Shown in pieces: positions 31,678 to 41,400 of a DNA stretch of 64,000 nucleotides. A program made the position numbers and the translations under genes. The DNA is taken from assembly GCA_000004985.1 (NCBI GenBank), contig GG738854.1, one strand, 5' to 3'. The DNA comes from Naegleria gruberi (lineage: Eukaryota). Below the pieces are notes generated by a model. It had not been told where the DNA came from and made no database searches. It worked only from the letters and a program-made list of their open reading frames with translations. How positions within the stretch are numbered: position 1 is the first letter of the stretch; each line of letters opens with the position of its first letter.

Positions 31678-34479
31678 ATGACTTCTTCCGACAATAAGAA
31701 TAACTCTGCTTCATCATCGAAGGATGGCAGTAATAGTACCACTCCTGGTAAGAAGGCTATTGCTCTTGCTGCTCCAGAATTGTCAGAGGAAGATCAAAGA
31801 TTAAAGGACGATCTTGAAGAAATGGTCAATAATATTTGTAATTCACCACAACAACAACGTACTGCCTTGGAATCTCTCAAGGAAGAATTAAAGAAATCAC
31901 TCACAACAGCTGTTACTACAATCCCAAAGCCTCTTAAATTCTTAAGAATACATTACGAACCACTCAAGGAAGCTTACGAAAAGAATACTGCTAGAGATAA
32001 TAAGATCCTCTTTGCAAATATTCTCTCAGTATTGGGTATGTCCTTGTCCATTGAAGGTGAAAGGGATTGTTTGAAATACATGTTGGAAGCTGATGATGAT
32101 GAATTTGATAAGTGGGGACACGAATATGTTAGATCTCTTGCTGGAGAAATCGGAGAAGAATATCAAACAAGACTCCAAGAAAAGATCCAAATGCAAGAAA
32201 GAATAATACAAGAAACTGGTGATGATATGGTCATTGATACTGACTTTAAACCTGAGGAAATTATGGATATTCTTACACTTGTTAACAAGATTGTTCCATA
32301 CTTTATGAAGAGTGCTTCTGAACCTGAAGCTTGTGATTTACTTATCGAAACTGAAAAGTTATCAAAGATTGTCGATTATTGTGATGAAACAAATTATACT
32401 CGTGTTTGTTTATACTTGGGTGGTGTTTCTAAATACTTTATTGAACCTGAGAATACTCAAACTTTAAAGATTGTGTACGATATTTATAGAAAGCTTAACA
32501 AACTTCCAGAATCACTCCGAATTGCTATGCAATTAAATGATATTGGTCTTATTAAGGATACATTCTTCAGCTGTGATGATAGCCTCTTAAGGAAACAACT
32601 TGCTCTCATGCTCGGAAGAGGTAATTATAAATTCTCAGTTGCTGATCAACTTGAAGATGAAGGTGCTGAATTGGAAGAAATTATGGGTAACTGCAAGTTG
32701 AGTCAATACTTTTTGTATTTGGCTAAACAATTGGATTCTCTTGAACCAAAGACTCCAGAAGATGTCTACAAATCACATCTCTCTGAAACAAGATCAACTT
32801 TGACTCAAAATGTTGACTCTGCTCGTCAAAACCTTGCTTCATCATTTGTTAATGGTTTTGTCAATGCTGGTTTTGGTACAGACAAGTTGATTAAATCTGA
32901 AGATTCTTGGATTTATAAGAATAAGGATGCTGGTATGCTCAGTGCTGTTGCTTCATTGGGTTTGATTTATTTGTGGAACTATGAAGAAGGTTTGATGGAA
33001 ATTGACAAGTATTTGTATAGTAGTGATAATAACATTAAGGCTGGTGCTTTACTCGCCATTGCCAATTTCAGTGCTGGTATTAGAACTGAAGCTGATCCTG
33101 CTTTGGCTATCTTACCTGAACATGTTGAATCTGGTCTTCCTAGAGAAGTCAGAATTGCTTCAATTCTCGGTCTCGGTATTGCTGGTGCTGGTAGTGCTAA
33201 TGAACAAATCTTCCAATTGTTAATTCCAATCATTGTTGATCCTGATCAACCAATGGAAATTGTATCATTTGCTGCTTTGTCTTTGGGTATGATCTTTGTA
33301 GGTACAATGAATGAAGATATTACAGAATCACTCATTCAAGTTTATCTTGAAAGAAGTGAAAAGGATCTTGCTCATCCATTAGCTAAGTTTGTTGCTTTGG
33401 GCTTAGGTATGCTCTTCTTGGGTAAACAAGAAGCTGTTGATTCTGTTTGTGAATCCATCATGACTACTGTTAATGCCAAGTTGGCCAAGTTTGTTACTTT
33501 GACTGTTGAAGTTTGCGCTTATTGTGGTACTGGTAACGTTTTGAAGATTCAACAATTGTTGAAGATTTGTGGTGAACATCCTGAAAAGCCAAAGAAGGAA
33601 GAAGCTCAACCAAGTCAAGGTGCTCAAGCTAGTGCTTCTGCTGCTACTACTGAAAAGAAGGAAGAGGAAGAAGATGTTTTGACCAATACTTATCATGGTG
33701 TTGCTGCTTTGGGTATTTCTTTAATTTGTATGGGAGAAGATTTGGGTTGTGAAATGGCTAATAGATCATTCGGTCACTTGCTCCAATATTCTGAAATGGG
33801 AGTTAAGAGAGCTGTTCCACTTGCTATGAGTTTATTGAATGTTTCTAATCCAGACATGGCAGTTATGGATACTTTGAGCAAATTGTCTCACGATAATGAT
33901 GCAGAACTTTCTCAAAATGCCATCTTTGCTTTGGGTGTTATTGGTGCCGGTACTAACAATGCTAGAATTGGCCAATTGCTCAGACAATTGTCAACATATT
34001 ATCAAAAGGAACCAAACCACCTTTTCATTGTTCGTGTTTCTCAAGGTTTATTGTCCACTGGTAAGGGTTTGATAACAATGAATCCATTCTACTCTGATCG
34101 TTCCATCCTTTCTCAATCCCAATTGTGTGGTTTGATGACTCTCCTCTTTACTGGTCTCGACTTTAAGAATACCATCTTGTCTAACTATCACTACTTGTTG
34201 TATACTGCTGCTTCTGCCATGTATCCAAGAATGCTTGTTTTGGTTGATGAAAACCTTGAACCAGTTCAAGCTAACGTTCGTGTTGGTCAATCAGTTGATG
34301 TTGTTGCCCAAGCTGGTAAACCAAGATCAATCACAGGTTTCCAAACACATAAGGCTCCAGTCATCCTGCAGTTCGAAGAAAGAGCTGAATTGGCCTCTGA
34401 AGAGTTCATTCCACTCAGTTCAACACTTGATAATGTAATTATTGTAAAGAAGAATCCAGAATATGAAGCTGAAATCTAA
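31678..34479 (+). CDS. RPN1: 26S proteasome regulatory subunit RPN1 (PSMD2)
   Basis: 933 aa, collinear with human PSMD2. Matching blocks: SEEDQRLKDDLEEMV, PKPLKFLRIHYEPLKEAYE, GHEYVRSLAGEI, DSARQNLASSFVNGFVNAGFG, WIYKNKDAGMLSAVASLGLIYLW, PC-repeat cores LGLGIAGAGS and HGVAALGISLICMGEDLG, ITGFQTHKAPVILQFEERAELASEEFIPL, KKNPEYE. Confidence 0.95.
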   Translation: MTSSDNKNNSASSSKDGSNSTTPGKKAIALAAPELSEEDQRLKDDLEEMVNNICNSPQQQRTALESLKEELKKSLTTAVTTIPKPLKFLRIHYEPLKEAYEKNTARDNKILFANILSVLGMSLSIEGERDCLKYMLEADDDEFDKWGHEYVRSLAGEIGEEYQTRLQEKIQMQERIIQETGDDMVIDTDFKPEEIMDILTLVNKIVPYFMKSASEPEACDLLIETEKLSKIVDYCDETNYTRVCLYLGGVSKYFIEPENTQTLKIVYDIYRKLNKLPESLRIAMQLNDIGLIKDTFFSCDDSLLRKQLALMLGRGNYKFSVADQLEDEGAELEEIMGNCKLSQYFLYLAKQLDSLEPKTPEDVYKSHLSETRSTLTQNVDSARQNLASSFVNGFVNAGFGTDKLIKSEDSWIYKNKDAGMLSAVASLGLIYLWNYEEGLMEIDKYLYSSDNNIKAGALLAIANFSAGIRTEADPALAILPEHVESGLPREVRIASILGLGIAGAGSANEQIFQLLIPIIVDPDQPMEIVSFAALSLGMIFVGTMNEDITESLIQVYLERSEKDLAHPLAKFVALGLGMLFLGKQEAVDSVCESIMTTVNAKLAKFVTLTVEVCAYCGTGNVLKIQQLLKICGEHPEKPKKEEAQPSQGAQASASAATTEKKEEEEDVLTNTYHGVAALGISLICMGEDLGCEMANRSFGHLLQYSEMGVKRAVPLAMSLLNVSNPDMAVMDTLSKLSHDNDAELSQNAIFALGVIGAGTNNARIGQLLRQLSTYYQKEPNHLFIVRVSQGLLSTGKGLITMNPFYSDRSILSQSQLCGLMTLLFTGLDFKNTILSNYHYLLYTAASAMYPRMLVLVDENLEPVQANVRVGQSVDVVAQAGKPRSITGFQTHKAPVILQFEERAELASEEFIPLSSTLDNVIIVKKNPEYEAEI

Positions 34480-35243
34480 ATAAATTGTTAATATATTATT
34501 TGTAAAATTTATATCTCGTATAATTCACGTAGTTCATTTGCTAAAACTATTCTTGCCTTAGCTCACCAAAAACATTTAATCACTGTCTTATTTACGAATT
34601 ATTCAGCAATGAAGCCGTTAGGAGAAAGATTGCCAGCTTACAATATGATTACGTATGCTCGAACTTGGAGAAAGTGATCCTATTCGTCAATTTGTTGTTT
34701 GGGGTTCATGAAAATGGATGCCGAAGTATTGTTTGCCTCAACAAAATTCCTCTAGAGGAATGTAGGGAAAGGATGAGAGAGCTTGGATTCCCTCAAGACT
34801 TGGAACAGGTATTTATTATAAATAAACGACTGATAGGTAACGTTATTTACAGGTGATGCTTACTTCCTAATAATGGCCCAACGATCCAAAGTTAAACCTT
34901 TAGAATAAAATTAACAACTTTGCAAACCAAATTCTAACGATAATAATGCGCAGAGTTAGTGCAATTAAAGAACGTAAGATCTTATCATTCTACAAACACC
35001 CTTTCTAAAATCAGTCAAATAGTACTTTCAAATTGCCACTCTATCAAAATTAAGCGCATCGATGGAATAATAAAAAACACCAAAAAGTCCATAGCCTCAA
35101 TCACTCAATCAAATTGTTGTTGAATAAATGTCCTCCACGGCGCATATTTTGTTATTTTTAAATAGCTCTGTTATCAAATGAAATTCTTGAAAAAACAAAG
35201 CAACAACAAGATAACAAAATAACAAAATAACAATATAAACAAA

Positions 35244-35612
35244 ATGAAGGGTCCAAGATTTTACTATGACTACAGCTACAGAATGAGACCAAGAATATTC
35301 CCAAGATTCTTCTTTGGTATGCTCGTGGGTGGTTTCGTTGGCTATGCTTGGGGAAGAAACAATAATTGCAATCAATCTCATCAGAATCATTTCGGTCCAT
35401 TCTGTGGTTCTCGTGATAGACACAATGGTTGGGATAATAGAAACAGTTACAATCCAAACCACCAACAAGCTTTCAATAATCAAACTTATCCAACTCAATA
35501 TACTACTCAGCAAAACAACAACCTCAACAATATTATCCTCAAAATGGTCAACCTCAACATCTTCAAATATTACAACAACCTTCCCATCCAGTTGTTAGTA
35601 ATAATCCAGTGA
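35244..35612 (+). CDS. Small basic, Asn/Gln-rich protein with one hydrophobic segment; C-terminus possibly frameshifted
   Basis: 122-aa ORF MKGPRFYYDYSYRMRPRIFPRFFFGMLVGGFVGYAWG… From about 35500 the +1 frame reads a more natural Q/P-rich tail (QQPQQYYPQNGQPQHLQILQQPSHPVVSNNPVNMNNPEENKPTNQN*). Confidence 0.3.
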   Translation: MKGPRFYYDYSYRMRPRIFPRFFFGMLVGGFVGYAWGRNNNCNQSHQNHFGPFCGSRDRHNGWDNRNSYNPNHQQAFNNQTYPTQYTTQQNNNLNNIILKMVNLNIFKYYNNLPIQLLVIIQ

Positions 35613-36209
35613 ATATGAATAATCCTGAAGAAAACAAGCCAACCAATCAAAATTAAGCACAGCCACCAAATCAAATGTAAATAAATATATTCTTATGAAG
35701 AACTACTTTTTCTTAATATATTTATGATGTTTGTATCCATAGGCATTGAGTTTTTTCAAAATAGATTGTGCAATGCTGGTATTTGGAATGACACATCCAC
35801 AAATCAATTCATTAAACACAAAATCATCTGAAACTCTGTAATTGGTATAACCCAACCAATTCAATATACATACTTGCGTGTGTGAAATCAAAACCTACCC
35901 ACAACAAATGGAATCCCAATCGATCAGAAACCAACATGAAGAATGTCTCTGCATGATAAATGGATGGGAATCCTCGGTAGGGAATTAACTTGGCATTGGA
36001 ATTATGAAAGGTGACTCCTGATTTCTTCATGAGAAAGTTGCTACAAATTGTGTTGAAGAAGCTTTCAATTTTCTACATGCACATCTTCCAATTTACTACT
36101 GTTAGAGAGTTCTTTCGCGTGGTAGCTAGTGACAATGATGAAAATCCCTCTTTTTCAACAACGGTCTACAAAATAGAAAAACATTTTGCAGTGGTGATAA
36201 TAGAAGAAT

Positions 36210-37424
36210 TTATTGGTTCTTGTTGTGATTGACCAAGAAGGTTCCAATAAATGTTCCCTTGTAGAATGTTCTGAATCCTTCTTTTGCATGGACTTGTTTG
36301 AAACAATCGATTGGACTTGTGTATTGATTGACCAAGTCAGTTCTATATCTCAGGATGGAAAATCTGAGTGGAGACAACAAGGCATCCTGAATCAAATCAA
36401 TACTAGTCGATTGGAATTTGTTGAAGAGAGCTAATTGTTCTCCAGAGAGTGCAATCTGTCCAACTGTACTACTTCCACATGAATCCAATCCAAATAATTT
36501 ACTAAAAAGTAAACTCATTCCACTTCTTAATAAGGAATCTGATGTTTCGTACAAGATATTCTCAAGAATAGACCATCCAAAACCTCTAAACCATCCATTC
36601 ACAACACCATTTTGTTCCTTAATAAATTTCAAAGATTGAACAAGAGAATTACTTGTTGCTGATTCTACTTTTGCTTCTCCTCTCTTGAATTTCATTAAAC
36701 ATGAAGTGTCAATTGGATAATTCATAGCCATTAAGAGAATATCATCAATTCTTCTAATCAATTGACTAACCATTGGTGATGCTTCATAATTTTCACACAA
36801 AGTATCCATTATTGGCATTTGAATACTCACAGTATAGAGTGTAGAAAGCAAGAATTTGGCAATCGGTCCCATTACTTGTCTATTACTAATACATGCCAAC
36901 AAGCCATTCTCTCTATAAACTTTAGCCAAATAATCCTTCACTCCACCTGAATAAAATCCCTCCAAATCAAGTGTTAATCTCTCTCTCGATAGGATGAAAC
37001 TAACAAGATCATACCACAAGGTCATTCCATTAATTAATAATTTGGATTTTCCTCCGAATATTTTGTTGTTTTCAGCATTATCCAATTTGTTATCTTGCTG
37101 CTCTTGAACATTAATTACTACTACTTGATTGGAAGAACCATTCGATGATGATGTTGATGATGATGGTGATGATGGAGAAGCAGAATTTGAGCCTTGTTGT
37201 GCAGGAGAATGAATGAAAGGAATACTATCAGGGAGGAATCCATCAATAAATTCTCTCACTCTTTTCCAAATTCGTGATTTAAATTGATTTCTTATCAAAT
37301 TGGTCACCAAACGATCCGACCAAGTCTTACGTTGCTTCTTGTGTGTGAGGTGGTGCTTCTTCTTTTGCTTCTTGTCCCTTCTTTTGAAAGCCATTTTTTT
37401 GAACTTTGCTATCAATGCACGCAA
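36210..37424 (-). CDS. Mitochondrial carrier family (SLC25-like) protein with ~120-aa basic/Ser-rich N-terminal extension
   Basis: 404 aa. Carrier signature repeats: NYPIDTSCLMKFKRG…NGWFRGFGWSILENI and SPIDCFKQVHAKEGFRTFYKGTFIGTF (PxD/ExxK/R followed by EGxxxxxrG). The first repeat is divergent and the last helix is short, so this is a divergent member. Confidence 0.45.
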   Translation of the reverse strand: MRALIAKFKKMAFKRRDKKQKKKHHLTHKKQRKTWSDRLVTNLIRNQFKSRIWKRVREFIDGFLPDSIPFIHSPAQQGSNSASPSSPSSSTSSSNGSSNQVVVINVQEQQDNKLDNAENNKIFGGKSKLLINGMTLWYDLVSFILSRERLTLDLEGFYSGGVKDYLAKVYRENGLLACISNRQVMGPIAKFLLSTLYTVSIQMPIMDTLCENYEASPMVSQLIRRIDDILLMAMNYPIDTSCLMKFKRGEAKVESATSNSLVQSLKFIKEQNGVVNGWFRGFGWSILENILYETSDSLLRSGMSLLFSKLFGLDSCGSSTVGQIALSGEQLALFNKFQSTSIDLIQDALLSPLRFSILRYRTDLVNQYTSPIDCFKQVHAKEGFRTFYKGTFIGTFLVNHNKNQ

Positions 37425-38456
37425 GTGTGAAAGATTTCACATGTATTGATTGGGTTCATTTATTTAATAAGAATAACTTTCCTATTACTAATCTATTACT
37501 AATCTATTGTGTCATTGTTCCTAATCAGTTCTAAACTGTTGAGGTTTTAACAGTCTCCATTTCAACAGCATAATTACTTGAATCTGAAGGTTGAGCTACT
37601 TGTTCAACTGAAACACTTCTCGAAATGGCAGTTCTCAAAACACCAATTTGAGTTGGTTTTGATATGGACATTGACAAATAATTGTTTCTTGGTTAACAAC
37701 AACTTTACAATTATTTTCTCGTCTAACTTGAGTGATATTCCAAATTGAAATACATGAATATTCGAATGATTGCTCACTTCTAGAGGAAAATTGCTCATTT
37801 CTTGGGAATGAGAAGGAAATGGACTGATTCATTTGGAGGTCTCTTAAAAAGGAAAAACTAATAATATTAGAATAATCTGTGTGAGAAATGGAGTGTAACA
37901 GAAATGTCTTTTTTCTTTTGGTTGAGATTCATTTGGTTGAACCAAATTAAAACAACAATATTCAATAAGATAAAGAACTTGTTAAAACCAAATTGGCTAG
38001 AAGTATTTTACAGTTTGGAAGTTTGGAGAAGATTGTCCACTTTTTTATACTTCACAACAAGTTTTGCAAACAAGAATTGGTTGAAACCTTTTCAGTCTTG
38101 GAACGATTTGAGAGTTTTAGATTGTCCAAAACCATTAGTGATAAAGTTGTCAAGATAATACAGGTATTGGATATTCATTCCATGCTAATTGACATGAAGA
38201 TTTCTGTCGAATAAAAATCCTGAAAAGGTTGAAAAAGTTTATCGTGAGGTTTGTTTCTATCACAAACTTCGGACTTCGGCAAAATTCTCATGACCATGAG
38301 CAACTCTCTTGATTGGACAGCCATATCCGTGAGATAGACATGTGACTATGTAACTATTCGAATCCCGAGAGAATGCAAAATAAACACTTGTTAAATTGCT
38401 TTAGAATAACTTGTTATCAAAAAAAACAACACAAACCAATCTTAATAGCAACTTGA

Positions 38457-41400
38457 ATGTTTCGTTTCTTCTTATTGATAACACTCACACTTGCAGGTTT
38501 CGTGCACCAGCAGATGCATGTCAGTGGAGCCGAATCCAATGTTAAATACATAGTCAAGACCTATTCAACTCTACCAGCCAACACCAATCCAAATGCCATT
38601 CAATTCTATAACCACAAGATGTATGTAACAGGTTCCACTAATAACATCTATGCAGTTTCGAATAATGGAAGTTATACCATCGTAAACCCAATATCCACTT
38701 TGGATGCTCCAACAGGAATACATATTGTGGATGATTGGCTCTATGTTTCTAATAGTGGATCTCAGAAAGTTTCCAAGATGTATTTAAATGATTCTCCAAT
38801 TCAAGTATTTGATGTTTTAACATTTTATCCTAATACGAATCTTTTTGTTTTATCAGAAAGTGAATTGTATGCAGTCGATAAGAATAATAACTTGATTCGA
38901 CACTGGAAGGATAGTTCCTTTGCATTGGTTAGTGTTGGCAGTCTTAATGGACCGAATGGAATTTTTATTCGAAACAATACTATTTACTTTACCGAAAATG
39001 GAGCTCGTACATTGAAAGCAATCGATCAAAATAATCAAATTTCAATTCTTGCTTCAGATATTAATGCGTATTCAGTATATGTCACTGAAGATAATGTCAT
39101 TTTCTTTACAGATTATGTTGGTAGCCTAATTTGGAGAATTAAAGACGGTCAATCTTCGGTAATTGCTGGATATTCAGGAAGTTCTGGTAATGATAATAAG
39201 GAGAATGTCAATGCCACTTCTAGTAGTGTAACTCTTCCTACTGGAATAACATTTGACAACTTGACAGGTATAATTTACTTTGCAGAAATTTCCAATCAAC
39301 GAATTCGTGGATTGATTCCATATTGTGAAACAGCTGGACATTACTTGAATGCACAAAAGTCACGTTGTGTGTCAAGTGTCTGTTCAGGAGTTGACAGCAC
39401 CAACTCTTCTGTTTGTTCATCACGTGGTATTTGTAATCAAACCAATCAATGCTCATGCCAATCAAAGTATTTTGGTGATAATTGTGAATTGACAAGTTGT
39501 AATGGAATTCAAAGTAATTCAAATTTGGTTTGTTCTGGAAATGGAACTTGTCAAGATTACAATTTTTGTAATTGTAAGAATGGTTTGCTTGGAAAGAATT
39601 GTCAAATTGCAACTTGCTTTGGAATTTTATCCAATCAAACAAGTGCTTGCAGTAGTGGAAGAGGTATTTGTCAAGGAATGGATTTTTGTAATTGTTCGAA
39701 AGGTTTCGTCGGCCAAGATTGTGCTGAACATACATGTGGAGGCATTTCTTATAATAACACAGCAACTTGTTCTGGAAATGGAACGTGTGTTGGTGTAGAT
39801 AGCTGTTCTTGCAAGGAGGGTTTTTATGGAGATAACTGTCAAATGCCAAAATGTTTTTCAATCATGTCAAATGACACGAGTGTTTGCTCTGGTAATGGAG
39901 AATGTATTGGAAAAGATAAGTGCAATTGTAAGAGTGATTATTCTGGATATCGTTGTGAAATAACTTCATGTTTCGGTATCCCATCAAACTATTCGAATGT
40001 TTGTTCTGGAAATGGAAATTGCACTTTCAAAGATTTCTGTAATTGCACATTTGGATATTTAGGTAAACAATGTGAAGTTGCTCCTTGTTATGGAATTCCA
40101 GCAAATTATTCGAATGTCTGTTCTGGAAATGGAAATTGTAATGGAAAAGATAATTGTAATTGTCAACCAGGATTTTCAGGAAATCAATGTGAAATTCCAA
40201 CTTGTTTTGGAATTTTGGGAAACAGTTCAATGGCGTGCTCTGGCAATGGAGAATGTCAAAATTTAGATCAATGCAATTGTAATTCAAATTATACTGGATC
40301 AAAATGTGATGTTCCTATATGTTTCGGTATTGCAAAAAGTTCTAGTTTAGTTTGCTCAGCTATTGGAAATTGTACGAAACCTGATTTTTGTGAATGTCCA
40401 TCAAATTATGAAGGATACGAATGTCAATTTCGCATCACTCCAAGAAAATTACAAACTAATGGCATTCCAACTGCAATTGTCCAAGGAATTTCCACAACTT
40501 TTGATTTGAAAGTTATTGGAATGGAATTGAGAACATTTAGTGATCTAGTCAACTCGAGAAAGGATTGTGGAGTGACATGTTCACTTTCTTTATCATATAG
40601 TTGGTATTTGAAGGATAGAGACAATGGTTCACCGTTAATTATCCAACATTCGAATACCGCATTTGGAAATACGAAATATCTTTCGTCTTCAACTTTCCAG
40701 TTGACTTTCTCACCTGTTATTTCAATTGGTTTTACTAGAATTTTAAGTAGAAATGTAACTTTGACATTTGAAATTGTATCTGGTGGTGAAAATGTTTCAA
40801 TTTCTCAAGATATCTTGATTATTTCACCTCTGTTGAGAACTAAAGGTTTAGGTAAGATTCAACCAAGTTCTGGAATCGCACTTGGTTCCTTATTTTCAAT
40901 AGAGGAAGATAAGAATCTTTGGACAGTCTCGGAAGAAAGTAAGAAATATCTTGAACCTTTTCAATTTGCCTTTGGTTTCTTTTACAATCAAGAATTAGTA
41001 AGAATCTCTGATTTTTCCATAAATGGGATGGATTTATTGTTCCTTCCATATTTGAACGCAAATAATAGTAATGGACAAAGTGAAAATTTGGATATTTATG
41101 TTATCTGTAAGGATGCTTTAAAGAATGAATATTCTTCTCTTATTGGTACTGTTTCAATTAGTCCAAATTTGGTAAACACAGTTGAAGAATTGAAAAATCA
41201 AATTGATGATATTGCACGCATTATTCCTTATGACTCTTCATGGAAGTTTAGAGATCTGAAAGAATACAGCTCTGTTATTATCGAGTCTGTCAGCAAGTTG
41301 AGTATTGACATTAATAATCCATCAAATACTTTAACAACTCTTCGACAATTGACAAGCCAAAGTGTTGCTTCTTCTTACCAAGTTGGTTCTATCATTAATG

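Noticed and set aside
34665-34856. 63-aa ORF MEKVILFVNLLFGVHENGCRSIVCLNK… between RPN1 and the next gene
   Set aside because: It could be a small exon of an unrecognised gene (a GTATTT follows it). There is no recognisable domain and no convincing splice partner, so it was left unannotated.
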